Shown here: piece after piece, positions 20,138-30,110 of the stretch
How the letters are laid out: every line of letters begins with the position of its first letter
Position numbering within the stretch: the first letter of the stretch is position 1
Virus record (IMG/VR): IMGVR_UViG_3300050120_000230
Coordinates: 124,001-188,000 of that record
Strand: one strand, 5' to 3'
DNA length: 64,000 nucleotides
Position numbers and translations under genes: made by a program
The notes under the pieces: generated by a model
What the model was told of the DNA's origin: nothing
What the model saw: only the letters and a program-made list of their open reading frames with translations
Database searches by the model: none

Positions 20138-20614
20138 ATGGCTCGCTGGTATAGCAAGATCACTGCCGATCCGGTGAACTTCCACGAGGCGTTGGGAAAT
20201 GCACTCGAACATTTCCACAACGAGTACGAACTCGCACAGAAGGAGCTACGGCCAAAGCCGGGTAGTCGCATCATCGATCTGTCCACCAATCTGGCCGGGA
20301 TCGTTGAATATCGTTACGGGCAACTTCAGGAACTTGAGAGTATCCTGAAGTTTCTCGAAATCCAATATGACCGGGTTAAGGGTGAAAAGAAGCGCAACTT
20401 TTTCGAGCATTACAACCGCCAACTCTCCGAACGGTTGTCCGATCAATATGCCGAAATCGAGCCCGAAGTCATCTTGTTGCGAGAGTTCATCCAACAGGTC
20501 GCATTGATTCGAAACATGTTCCTCGGCATCAGCAAGGGCCTAGAAACTTTGCACTTCCAAATTGGTCATATTATTCAACTACGTAAGAATGGTATCGAGG
20601 ACGCCACTTTCTAA
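20138..20614 (+). CDS. uvsY: Recombination mediator UvsY-like
   Basis: Helical 158-aa protein with RN.FLGI.KGL...FQIG.I..LR..G.ED C-terminus; synteny with uvsX. Confidence 0.7.
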   Translation: MARWYSKITADPVNFHEALGNALEHFHNEYELAQKELRPKPGSRIIDLSTNLAGIVEYRYGQLQELESILKFLEIQYDRVKGEKKRNFFEHYNRQLSERLSDQYAEIEPEVILLREFIQQVALIRNMFLGISKGLETLHFQIGHIIQLRKNGIEDATF

Positions 20615-20690
20615 TAACGGCATTTTTTCAGGCGAGTTTTTCAGAAGCTAAATACTCGCATATATTAGCCGCCCGGAAAGAGTGTTGACG

Positions 20691-21200
20691 ATGCCTTCAC
20701 CTTCAGTCTTCAGCAATCATGCTGGAACCTTGTCCGACTCTTATGCCATCGGTAAACGAGGCATCAAACTGCTGCAAGGGACGAGTGATCCGGCTGGTGT
20801 AGATGCACCGATGGGCAGTCTCTACATTCTGCGCGGCCTAACTACGAACAAGGTCTACCAAATCGACGCCGATGGCGTCTGGACGGCATTGCTGTCCCCC
20901 GACGATATCATCTCGGCCAATGACAATCTCACTGTTGCCTTCGTAGATGGTAAGGTGACGATCACTGCACCGACCACCAAGCATCGCACGCAGTTTACCA
21001 CTTCTGATCTTTCGGCAGGCGTGTTGACCGTAACTCACAATCTCAGTGAGGACTATCCGATAGTTCAAATCTACGACAACACACGAAAAGCAGTATTGCA
21101 AGACGTAATTACAACCGTTGATGCTAATTCGCTCACGCTTGGGTTGTCTTCTTATGGTTCTTTTTCGGGAACATGGACGGTTACCATTATAGCGAGCTAA
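20691..21200 (+). CDS. Virion fibre-associated protein
   Basis: Late promoter; LTVTHNL...GTWTVT module shared with the next gene. Confidence 0.75.
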   Translation: MPSPSVFSNHAGTLSDSYAIGKRGIKLLQGTSDPAGVDAPMGSLYILRGLTTNKVYQIDADGVWTALLSPDDIISANDNLTVAFVDGKVTITAPTTKHRTQFTTSDLSAGVLTVTHNLSEDYPIVQIYDNTRKAVLQDVITTVDANSLTLGLSSYGSFSGTWTVTIIAS

Positions 21201-21272
21201 CGTCGTTCTGAACTATGTCGAGGTGTCACCTAAATACGGCGACACACAACTCTCGGCAGGGGAACATTCTAC

Positions 21273-22610
21273 ATGGACGTTGGCAATATTCTAGTTCACG
21301 GCTCTCTTAAGCAGACCGCGAATACTGCAATTCAAATCGCAGTTGGCACGACGGCAAACCGCCCGGCCAACCAAGCTGGTCTGGTTCGCTACAATAGCGA
21401 CCTATCTCGTTACGAAACCAATAACGGCACCGCATGGTCGAACATTGGCGCGGGCGACGGCACCGTCACCAGCATTTCGCTCACGGGCGTCGCAAACGCA
21501 ATCACCGTCTCCGGTTCTCCGATCACGGGCGCCGGTACGCTGACGCTGGCACTGGCTGGTGAACTTGCCGGTCTGAGCGCAATCTCGACGAACGGTCTGG
21601 TCGCTCGCACTGCTGCTGGCACCTACACCCCGCGCACCATGGCTGCTTCGGCCGTCGCTGGCGCTCAAGGCATCACGATCACGAACGGCGACGGCGTTGC
21701 TGGCGCCCCGGTTATCGGCTTCACGATCACTGGCCTGACCGCCGAAGCTGGTGCAATCGCTGGCACCAACACTCTGGCCATGAACGATGGCACGAACAAC
21801 CTGAAGGCCACGTTCACGCAAGTGGCGACCTTCATGGACACTCTGTTCGTGAACCAAGGCGGCGACACGATGACCGGTGCTCTGGTCCTCGCCGCCGATC
21901 CCGCGTCGGCCCTGCAAGCTGCTACGAAGTCCTACGTTGACAACGCAGCCGTTACCGCAACCACCAACGCACAGTCGAACTCGGTCCTGAAGGCTGGCAG
22001 CACCATGACCGGTCTGCTGGTCCTCAGCGCCGACCCGACTGCACCGCTTGGCGCTTCCACCAAGTCTTACGTTGACAACTCCATTGCCACTGCCATCTCC
22101 ACAGACACCTACACCGCTTCTGCGGCCGGTGGTCTGCTGCTGACTGGTAAGGCGTTCAGCGCCAACACCACCAGCGCATCGACCGGTCTGGTCGGCGGCA
22201 ACATCGCTGTTCGCTCGACCGCTCTGACTGGTCAAGTTCTGCGCTCGACCGGCACGGCTGGCGCTGAAGCAACTTGGGGTGCTCTCGATCTCACCAATGC
22301 CAACGCAGTCACCGGCGCTCTCGCCGTGGCGAACGGCGGCACCGGCGGTGCGACCGCAGCAATTGCTCGCACGAACCTCGTCGTCCCGAGCATTTTCCGC
22401 GCGTCTTTCACCAACGCCACTCTGGTCTCGAACGCACTGACTGTCACGCACAACCTGTCGCAACAGTTCGTCCATGTCACGGTCACCGACAACAACAACA
22501 AGATCATCCAACCGGATGACATCACTATGACCAGCACTTCGGCCAGCACGGTCGATCTCACGTCCTATGGTGCGCTTACGGGCACTTGGAACGTCACGGT
22601 TATCGGTTAA
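21273..22610 (+). CDS. Tail-fibre-like virion protein
   Basis: A/T/G-rich, GGDTMTG.L.L.ADP...AATKSYVDN repeats, GTTANRP module. Confidence 0.85.
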   Translation: MDVGNILVHGSLKQTANTAIQIAVGTTANRPANQAGLVRYNSDLSRYETNNGTAWSNIGAGDGTVTSISLTGVANAITVSGSPITGAGTLTLALAGELAGLSAISTNGLVARTAAGTYTPRTMAASAVAGAQGITITNGDGVAGAPVIGFTITGLTAEAGAIAGTNTLAMNDGTNNLKATFTQVATFMDTLFVNQGGDTMTGALVLAADPASALQAATKSYVDNAAVTATTNAQSNSVLKAGSTMTGLLVLSADPTAPLGASTKSYVDNSIATAISTDTYTASAAGGLLLTGKAFSANTTSASTGLVGGNIAVRSTALTGQVLRSTGTAGAEATWGALDLTNANAVTGALAVANGGTGGATAAIARTNLVVPSIFRASFTNATLVSNALTVTHNLSQQFVHVTVTDNNNKIIQPDDITMTSTSASTVDLTSYGALTGTWNVTVIG

Positions 22611-22630
22611 TTCCACATCACTACCATTGA

Positions 22631-22667
22631 GAGCCCGAAGGATATTTTCGTTCTTCGGGCTCTTTCT
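22631..22667 (+). terminator. Intrinsic terminator
   Basis: GAGCCCGAAG..CTTCGGGCTC followed by TTTCT. Confidence 0.6.
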
Positions 22668-22687
22668 GTATAGGACTAAATAAGGCC

Positions 22688-23785
22688 ATGAGAGAAGGCA
22701 ACGAGCAAACCGGTAATATCCAGCAACTTTCGACTGGATATCTTCAGTTGGCCAGCGGCACAACTGCTCAGCGACCTACCGCCAACAACGGTATGATGCG
22801 CTACAATACTGATTTTGCTCAGTTTGAGTTCTTTGCCGCTAATGCATGGTCGAATGCGGTTACAGCGACAAGTGTCGCGGCCACCTACCTTCCTCTCGCC
22901 GGTGGCAACGTCACTGGCAACCTTGGCGTCGCGGGCAACCTGTCGATGAGCGCCGGTAGCTTGAGTCTCACGGTCGGCAACGTCACGATGACTTCCGGCA
23001 ATGTCATTTTGACTTCTGGTAAGGTCGAACTCGCCACAGGCAACGCAACAGCGCCGTCTCTTACGTTCGGCAGCAACTTGAAAGCGGGTGCGTATTACAC
23101 CACAAATGCGGTGTCGATAACCGCAGATGGTTCAAACACGTTCGTTGTTCAATCGAATGTGGCCACACCAAGTTTCTTGTTCAATTCTATTGATGGTATC
23201 GCACTGCCATCCGGCACCACTGCGGATCGCCCAGTGACCGTCACCGCCGGTATTCATCGTTGGAACACGACACTCGGTGGTTTCGATTCCTACGACGGCG
23301 TGAATTGGGACACTCACTCCACTGCTTCGTTGACCGGCGCCGACAGCATCGCAAGTGAGCCCATCAACTTTGTGTATGACACGACGCGCTCGAAGTATCT
23401 GAGTCAAGCAACCATGTCGCAATACTACATCGCGACGACTGTGGCCACGAATGACTTCATCACATGGGATAGCATCTTTTCGTCGGATGTGGGTCTCATC
23501 ATGCCGTACAACGGCTGTATTACAGGTTGGGGCGTTTATATTACGAACATCAATACCTGTGCTCGTAATGTTTCCGTCTATGTAGGCGCCACAGAAAACA
23601 CCGGGCAATTTTTGATCGGCGGGACCGGCACAAACACCGGCGCCTATTCGCTGACCAAGACGAATGCCAATTTGAATTTCTCTGCTGGCAACAACATCCG
23701 AGTTCAAATGCGTTTCGCCGCAGGAACTACCGGCCATGGTTGGACCAATATGAACCTCATCATGTATTACAAGTGGAGGATTTAA
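22688..23785 (+). CDS. Tail-fibre-like virion protein
   Basis: Two SGTTA.RP...G..R.NT modules, late promoter. Confidence 0.8.
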   Translation: MREGNEQTGNIQQLSTGYLQLASGTTAQRPTANNGMMRYNTDFAQFEFFAANAWSNAVTATSVAATYLPLAGGNVTGNLGVAGNLSMSAGSLSLTVGNVTMTSGNVILTSGKVELATGNATAPSLTFGSNLKAGAYYTTNAVSITADGSNTFVVQSNVATPSFLFNSIDGIALPSGTTADRPVTVTAGIHRWNTTLGGFDSYDGVNWDTHSTASLTGADSIASEPINFVYDTTRSKYLSQATMSQYYIATTVATNDFITWDSIFSSDVGLIMPYNGCITGWGVYITNINTCARNVSVYVGATENTGQFLIGGTGTNTGAYSLTKTNANLNFSAGNNIRVQMRFAAGTTGHGWTNMNLIMYYKWRI

Positions 23786-23786
23786 G

Positions 23787-24557
23787 ATGCCTCTAATCGT
23801 TCAAAACACAACTGGCGATGACATCGAGATCGTGCAACTGGGTCTCACTGTCCCGGCATCTGATATCTATGATTTGTCGCTCCGTCAGCAAACGATCATC
23901 GCGGCCAGCGATGAACTCGCCGGGCACATTGCATCCGGTAATCTGACGGTTACGGCCGACACCCTAAACACCCTCGCCAATGCGACTGGCTATTTCCAGA
24001 TCGTCAGTGGCGAACCCGAAGACCGTCCGGCCTCGCCGCCGACCGGCACCATGCGTCACAACGCAAACACCAACGTGGTCGAGATTTATCAGTCCGGTGC
24101 TTGGCAGAGTATGCCGAACATGCAGAGCACGATTTTCGCCATCGACTCGGTTACCGGTGTGCTCTGCTCGTTTAATGAGGCTCGCGCAAAATACCTGAGC
24201 GTTGCTATCATCCCCGTCACGTATACGAACGCCAATGCGGCCGACCAATCGTGGCTCTACATAGATTCAAATATCAACCACTCTCAATCTGGATACGTGT
24301 CTCCCGTCTACGGAGTCATCACGAACATCAGTGTCTACACTGACATGATGATCGACAAGGATGTTTCGGTCTATGTGAACGATACGCTATACGCGAATGT
24401 CGTTACGTTCGCCGGGGAGCAAAAGGCAAACTCAGTCACCACATATATCAATTTTGATCCGGGCGATACTGTTCGTATTCGAGTCAATTCCACCAACAGT
24501 GGAGTTCTTGGAGCCATGTATGCCACGGTCTTCGTGAGCCTGCGAGGAACCGTCTGA
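23787..24557 (+). CDS. Virion fibre-associated protein
   Basis: RP.SP..G.MRHN.NT...EIY..G.W module. Confidence 0.75.
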   Translation: MPLIVQNTTGDDIEIVQLGLTVPASDIYDLSLRQQTIIAASDELAGHIASGNLTVTADTLNTLANATGYFQIVSGEPEDRPASPPTGTMRHNANTNVVEIYQSGAWQSMPNMQSTIFAIDSVTGVLCSFNEARAKYLSVAIIPVTYTNANAADQSWLYIDSNINHSQSGYVSPVYGVITNISVYTDMMIDKDVSVYVNDTLYANVVTFAGEQKANSVTTYINFDPGDTVRIRVNSTNSGVLGAMYATVFVSLRGTV

Positions 24558-25333
24558 TGACCGTCCTTTTCAACACGAGCAACGCTGCAATCGATCTCGA
24601 TGATTTCGGGATGACTATTCCCGCCTTGGGAACGGCCGACATCAGCCACATTCGCGCGCAGATCATCGCCAACTGTGCGGTTTTGATCGAGAACGTCACG
24701 AATGCCGTCATTGCCGTCGTGAACCAACAAGCGGACCCCACTTCATATTGGTCAATTGATGACGGTCTCGCGATCATTGAACTTGGTGTCAACGGCGCCC
24801 AAGTTGGCATCTCCAAGCCAACTCGTCCCGGTATCATTGAGGGGAATTACTACGGCCCGACCACCGACGCACCGTTGATCGACGATACGGTCCCGGCAAA
24901 TCACCTGAACGCCATTCCGGTGAACTATCTCGGTGAGCAATTCAACCGAATTGGCGTCTCGATCACGACACCCGGAGTTGCCAATTCTTTCTGCCGCCTC
25001 GGTGTCTACGAAAACAATGATGGTTTTCCCGGCAAACTCCTCTTGGACGCGGGTGTTGTTCCCTGCGACACCACCGGAAACAAGGAAATCATCATCGATT
25101 TCCAGACACCCTCTGATTGGTGTTTCCTGAGCACGCTAACCAGCGATCTCACCAATGCTCTTTCCGTGGCCTCTCAGCTTAGCGTTTGCGGCAACACCGG
25201 GAACAATGTCACCGATGTGACTCGACATATTCACACTGACTACACGGCGACTGACGGTTTCCCCGACATGTTTCCGAACACGGCCGTCGCTTCGACCAAC
25301 TATCCCCCGTTCGTCTGGTTCAGAAAGGTCTAA
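24557..25333 (+). CDS. Virion fibre-associated protein
   Basis: 258 aa, translationally coupled; CRLGVY.N....PG.LLLDAG motif. Confidence 0.75.
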   Translation: MTVLFNTSNAAIDLDDFGMTIPALGTADISHIRAQIIANCAVLIENVTNAVIAVVNQQADPTSYWSIDDGLAIIELGVNGAQVGISKPTRPGIIEGNYYGPTTDAPLIDDTVPANHLNAIPVNYLGEQFNRIGVSITTPGVANSFCRLGVYENNDGFPGKLLLDAGVVPCDTTGNKEIIIDFQTPSDWCFLSTLTSDLTNALSVASQLSVCGNTGNNVTDVTRHIHTDYTATDGFPDMFPNTAVASTNYPPFVWFRKV

Positions 25334-25336
25334 ACC

Positions 25337-25801
25337 ATGAGCACCATGGATCGCACAGAGACCTATCACAGCAACGGCGCCCTCATGAGCGTCGTGGACA
25401 ACCGCAATTTGGATGACATGAAAGCCAAGAAATGGGACGAAATCAACGCGTATCGTGAAGTCATTCTCGACCGTGGACTTTGGTATATGGGCTACCTCTG
25501 GGGTAGTGACGAACGCAGCCGTGCCAACATTACCGGTGTAACCGCTGGTATCGCTACGGGTATTCCTCTACCGACCGGCTTCACATGGCGCGACAACAAC
25601 AACAACAACGTGTCTTTCACCGCCACGAATATTGTGACGCTGGGTGCATACATGCTAGGCTACGTGAATGAAGTCTACAACGCAAGTTGGACTATGAAAA
25701 CCACGGTTGACGCATTGACTACTCTGGATGCAGTCGATGCCTTCATCATCGCCAATCAAACTTGGCCCGATGGTAATATGGACGGAACTAAGCCCGCTTA
25801 A
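25337..25801 (+). CDS. DUF4376-like tail fibre assembly protein
   Basis: K.KKWDEINAYR, SDE.SR.NI.G and W.D.NN patterns. Confidence 0.65.
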   Translation: MSTMDRTETYHSNGALMSVVDNRNLDDMKAKKWDEINAYREVILDRGLWYMGYLWGSDERSRANITGVTAGIATGIPLPTGFTWRDNNNNNVSFTATNIVTLGAYMLGYVNEVYNASWTMKTTVDALTTLDAVDAFIIANQTWPDGNMDGTKPA

Positions 25802-26259
25802 GCTAGCGGCTTTCCGGTGCTCGGAGCTTGAGCAGAAGCACGGAGCATCCAGCGATGCTTTTGATGCATTTCGATCCTCGCTCCAAGATAGTTCACGATA
25901 CCTTGCTGGTCATTTTGCTCGGCCGCGTGCAACGTTTCTTTCATCAGAGCGATCAAGACTTCATGTGCCTGCACAAATTTTGCTAGCATTTCACGAGTTC
26001 CGGGTTGATATGCCGGAGCGCCCGGAATCCGACTCAGTTGGATAAAATGTTCCATGCTCTGCGGCGCGTAAGCATCCAGTGCGCGCAGATGCTCGGCGAT
26101 ATCGTCCAAAGATTCCCAAATGTCGCGATATTGCTCTTCAAGCATTTTGTGGAGTTGGTAGAAGTCGGGTCCTTCCACGTTCCAGTGTGCACCATGAGTA
26201 GCGACATACAACGAGAACGCCGTTCCCAATGTCGCTTTCATCAATTCAATTAGTTCCAT
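25798..26259 (-). CDS. dps: Dps / ferritin-like DNA protection protein
   Basis: HWNVEGPDFYQLHKMLEEQY...D.IAEHLR signature. Confidence 0.92.
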   Translation of the reverse strand: MELIELMKATLGTAFSLYVATHGAHWNVEGPDFYQLHKMLEEQYRDIWESLDDIAEHLRALDAYAPQSMEHFIQLSRIPGAPAYQPGTREMLAKFVQAHEVLIALMKETLHAAEQNDQQGIVNYLGARIEMHQKHRWMLRASAQAPSTGKPLA

Positions 26260-26789
26260 TTTGCTCCTTGGCCCACTTTCCCAGCAGGATCAATTCGTTG
26301 AGATTTGCATCATTCTTTATTCGGTTTGCGCGATAACTTATGATTTGAACATTACCCGGCACATATCCGATATTCGAATCGATTCTATCTAGTGAAGGTG
26401 CACTTTCTCGATCTTGATGCGTTGGTTTGACCAAAATAGAAATGTTCAAAATTGGACATGTTTTGGGGATTGGTGGCAAATTGGTTAACGTCAAATCAAA
26501 ATGCACGCCTGATTTTTTTTGCTCTTTGCTTCGCAGCAGAGAGCATCTTCGCCAGCACCATCTTTGGTGTCACGATCAGTGCTGCAACTCTTTCCCGAGC
26601 ACATTCACGATGGCATTCCACACAATTGTTGATCGAGGTGTATCTCACAGACACATGACCTCGTTTGCACGGAATGCCTGTGAAGAATAATTTCGACTTA
26701 CTTTTCGTCGCTGCATCTCGATTTGCTGGAAGAGATAGCACATCGAGATCAATGTGTTTCAGCTTCGACGGCCCGCGTTTCATATGCAT
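26246..26789 (-). pseudogene. HNH-like endonuclease split by a frameshift at an A8 run
   Basis: ORF 26496-26789 (FFTG.PCKRGH...CVEC) and ORF 26246-26506 (CPIL...SLDRID...GY..GNVQIIS.RAN..K) join if one A is removed from the run at 26513-26520. Confidence 0.7.
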
Positions 26790-26863
26790 ATTTAGCGTGA
26801 ATCTGCTTGACCAAACTTTCTAGGGTGGTAAGTTGATTTTCCAGTCAATCGAGGAGAACATCT

Positions 26864-27298
26864 ATGGGCGCGCGCACCACCACCACCCTCGGCGATTTCG
26901 GCCGCAGCATCCGCAACGAACCGGCCTACGGCATCTACAAGCATCGTTTCTATCTCGCGAAGGACACCGTCCCCGCCGCCGAAGTGGAAGCGTGGCTTCG
27001 CAAGGCATATGTCGAGGCCCGCTCCGGCCGCCTCTATCGCGTCGTGAAGTATCGTCACGCGGACGGCAATCACTACGTCGATTACATCTGGATGCAGAAG
27101 TGCACGGACAACGACGAGATGTTCATCAAGATGAACTGGGGCTTCGAGAAGCACAAAATCGCTCGCGGCGAACGCGTCGCCCGCCGGAAGCTGACCAAGG
27201 AACAGAAGTCCGAACTGGACGAACTGATCGCCTACCACCGTCGTCGGTTCTACGAGATCAACGACGAGGCTCTCGCCGCGAAGGAAGCGCAAGCCTAA
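26864..27298 (+). CDS. Hypothetical protein
   Basis: 144 aa, GAGGAG RBS, early promoter. Confidence 0.85.
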   Translation: MGARTTTTLGDFGRSIRNEPAYGIYKHRFYLAKDTVPAAEVEAWLRKAYVEARSGRLYRVVKYRHADGNHYVDYIWMQKCTDNDEMFIKMNWGFEKHKIARGERVARRKLTKEQKSELDELIAYHRRRFYEINDEALAAKEAQA

Positions 27299-27525
27299 TG
27301 CGGCTCCAATGGCAATTCAACGACGGCTTGGGGTGGCGCGGTGGCGCCACCCTTGAGTCGGTCACCGTCGCGGAAGTGGCTGAAGCTGCCAAGGAAGCCC
27401 ACTGGAGCCGGTGGCCGAACGATCATCTCCGTGTCATGAAGGAAATCGCCCCGCAGCAGTATCGCATGGTGTGGTGGCAAGACGGCCATGCGGCCGAAGA
27501 AAGGATGTCCGATGCCGGTATCTGA
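27298..27525 (+). CDS. Hypothetical protein
   Basis: TAATG coupling to the previous gene. Confidence 0.6.
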   Translation: MRLQWQFNDGLGWRGGATLESVTVAEVAEAAKEAHWSRWPNDHLRVMKEIAPQQYRMVWWQDGHAAEERMSDAGI

Positions 27526-27676
27526 TGTCAGGGAAGCGCAAGATCAGATCAAGGCCGTCGTGGCGAAGCTGAAGAAATCGGCCGACGATTTCGAACCAGT
27601 GACGCTCGAACCCAACGAGGCGATGTGGGCGTTCCGCATCATCACCGAAGGGTTTCCGGGGCTCGCCCCGAAGTGA
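27512..27676 (+). CDS. Hypothetical protein
   Basis: Small coupled ORF with AGGA RBS. Confidence 0.55.
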   Translation: MPVSDVREAQDQIKAVVAKLKKSADDFEPVTLEPNEAMWAFRIITEGFPGLAPK

Positions 27677-28416
27677 TCCTGAACGATGATGCCAGCCCCG
27701 AGGAAAAGCAAGCGGTCCTGATGGACATGTTTGCTCCCGAGCCACTCAACGAGGAACTCGTGCCGTTCCTCGCGCAAGGGCGGCTGGGCCAAGGCATCTA
27801 TCATCCGCTGATCCACGACCCATTTTACCAAGAGGCAATGAACAAGCGGATCAACGCGATGTTCAAGCACAAGACTGAAGCGGTGGCGAAAGCTATCGAA
27901 GAGGGACGCTGGGCCTCAATGCTGTTTCTGCATGAGCGCCCCTATCGTCTCGAAGCGTTGGAGGAAATCCTCTACACGCACGAGATCGACGATCCCGAGA
28001 TCGTCTGGCCGCTGATCGCCAGCGTGTGGACCGACAGCGAGAACATCAATCAGAACTTGGATCAGTGGCTCGAAGTGTGGGATTCCTCGATCCCGCGCCG
28101 GTTCGAACTGGTCATGGACGAAGAAGAACGCGCGGCGCTCGCCGCTCTTCCCGAGACCTTCGAAATCTATCGCGGCATGGGCGCCGAAGAGGCCGCCGAT
28201 GGGATGTCGTGGACGACCGACAAGGTCAAGGCGACATGGTTCGCCCATCGGTTCTCCGGGCTCACCGAGCACATGCCCTATCTGGCTACGGCGACCGTAG
28301 CCAAAGCCAATGTGCTGGCCCACTTCCTCGGCCGCAACGAAAGCGAGATCGTCGTGTTGCCGGAGAACGTGGAAGGTATGGTGGTCAAGCGCCTTCGCAA
28401 AAAGGTGCGAAAGTGA
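27673..28416 (+). CDS. Hypothetical protein, possibly ADP-ribosyltransferase-like
   Basis: IYRG...SWTTD...A.WFA...ESEIVV pattern. Confidence 0.65.
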   Translation: MILNDDASPEEKQAVLMDMFAPEPLNEELVPFLAQGRLGQGIYHPLIHDPFYQEAMNKRINAMFKHKTEAVAKAIEEGRWASMLFLHERPYRLEALEEILYTHEIDDPEIVWPLIASVWTDSENINQNLDQWLEVWDSSIPRRFELVMDEEERAALAALPETFEIYRGMGAEEAADGMSWTTDKVKATWFAHRFSGLTEHMPYLATATVAKANVLAHFLGRNESEIVVLPENVEGMVVKRLRKKVRK

Positions 28417-28727
28417 GTTTCGATGAAGCCCGCCGTTTCCGCGACCAGCCAAGCCCGTCCTTGGAATTTTCCGCCTTGGATGTTTACAAGCGACGTACCG
28501 AGATCACCGACAGCATCGACGTGTGGTTCACCGATACGGGCCAATGGCGCTATCTTGCCATGCAAAACGGGAAAATCAGTGACGAAGTGCGCGAGTGGTG
28601 TGAAGCCAATTTCAAATCAGCATTCACCTTCAGCAAAATGACTGTCGCGGCTATCACAGCCGAGAACCTGCATCTTCACGTCACCTCAGATACAGACGCG
28701 CTCAATTTCATCATGCGGTGGTTCTAG
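28413..28727 (+). CDS. Hypothetical protein, FxxxxDAxxFKLxW family
   Basis: VREWCEANF...SDTDALNFIMRWF. Confidence 0.7.
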   Translation: MSFDEARRFRDQPSPSLEFSALDVYKRRTEITDSIDVWFTDTGQWRYLAMQNGKISDEVREWCEANFKSAFTFSKMTVAAITAENLHLHVTSDTDALNFIMRWF

Positions 28728-29485
28728 ACGATGGCGTGAACGAGGCGTTTGACCTCGTCAGTGGCGTGCAGAGGAACGTGATTATAGATCATCTCCGGCG
28801 GACCATCGTCCTCGACGCGAACGATCCCCACGATCCGGGTAGACCCGTCGAAACCGACGACGTTCGGAATGCGAACGGAGTGCCGTGATTTCAGTTCCGG
28901 GTGTTCCATTCGAGAGAAAATTCGGACGAGCTTTTCTTTGGTATCTCCCCAAGTGAACTCGGCTTCTCCATCGACACCGAGTTTCATTTCAAGCCACGCC
29001 TCTGCGGCTTCGTGGATCAAACCTTCGGGAAGGTCACCGTGTTGATCTCCTGCGAGTTCGGAGAAACCAACCGCCAACCGCTCGACATAGTTTTCGAAAC
29101 TTTCGTCGCCCGGATACATGTCTTCGATCTCGGGACTACGAAGCTGATAGCCATCGGCTTGCAGCATGGACTTCAACACATGGTCGAAGATGATGTCGAT
29201 GGTGTCCTCGTCCGGCAAGGCTTTCTTCATATCGACTTCGATGACGATCAGCAAATAGTCAGCGATCTCGTGCGCGTTGAGATAGTCTCGCAACTGGATG
29301 GCATACCGAGACGCGTAGACGCCCTCTAGGCTGGCCCAACGCATGTCATCGTAGTTGCCGCCATTATGGTTCGGCACGAGCCCGTGGGCTTGAATAGAAA
29401 CCAGATTCGTCAGACGCGTGACATGCAGGTAGAATGACCGAACGTCCGTCAACTGCCTCTCGACCAAATTAATCCATTCGCGCAT
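28724..29485 (-). CDS. Late protein with possible ART-like fold
   Basis: MREWINLVE N-terminus, YLHVT...SI..HGL.P...GVY motif, late promoter at 29491. Confidence 0.7.
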   Translation of the reverse strand: MREWINLVERQLTDVRSFYLHVTRLTNLVSIQAHGLVPNHNGGNYDDMRWASLEGVYASRYAIQLRDYLNAHEIADYLLIVIEVDMKKALPDEDTIDIIFDHVLKSMLQADGYQLRSPEIEDMYPGDESFENYVERLAVGFSELAGDQHGDLPEGLIHEAAEAWLEMKLGVDGEAEFTWGDTKEKLVRIFSRMEHPELKSRHSVRIPNVVGFDGSTRIVGIVRVEDDGPPEMIYNHVPLHATDEVKRLVHAIV

Positions 29486-29531
29486 TCCCATATTTATCGA
29501 CGGCACATTTGGTTTGCGATAATTTGAAAAT

Positions 29532-30110
29532 GTGCACCATCCTTTCACTCTCGCGTCGGTCAAGAAGGGCTCCCTCAAACTTGAGGGCACCGGGCGCGTG
29601 TTTCCTATGCAGCTTCTTCCGGTCTTTGCGTCGGCAGAAGAAGCTCATCAGTGCATGGGGTTCCATTTTTCCATGTGGCTCGAAGCCAACCCCGACGTGA
29701 CGGACTATCGCTTGGCGTTGGATATGGAAGTTTGCGACTCGCCAATTACCGTGCATCGTCAAGCGCCGGTGTGGATTTTCTTCGGGAAACTGAAAGACAA
29801 AAATGCGTTCCAAAGATGGATTGCACGTTACAGGGAGTGGTTCGGCGGAAACGATATCGACCGCGCCTATTTTCCAGTATTGCCGATCAGCGGCCGTCAC
29901 ACACTGACTTTTCTGACTATTCCTTCTGGGATGAAACTCGATCCTAGAATGATGGACATGACTTTCCCTGATGGCAGCGTCGAACGTTGGGCGTGGGTAT
30001 TGAGTAATTGTCGCAACCCAGTCTATGTGACCCCTAACGGGCTTGCATTCACGTCTGCGAAAGAAGCTCTCCATTTCAAACTGCGATGGTCCGAGGCCCA
30101 AAATGTCTGA
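29532..30110 (+). CDS. Hypothetical protein, FxxxxDAxxFKLxW family
   Basis: C-terminus FTSAKEALHFKLRWS. Confidence 0.7.
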   Translation: MHHPFTLASVKKGSLKLEGTGRVFPMQLLPVFASAEEAHQCMGFHFSMWLEANPDVTDYRLALDMEVCDSPITVHRQAPVWIFFGKLKDKNAFQRWIARYREWFGGNDIDRAYFPVLPISGRHTLTFLTIPSGMKLDPRMMDMTFPDGSVERWAWVLSNCRNPVYVTPNGLAFTSAKEALHFKLRWSEAQNV

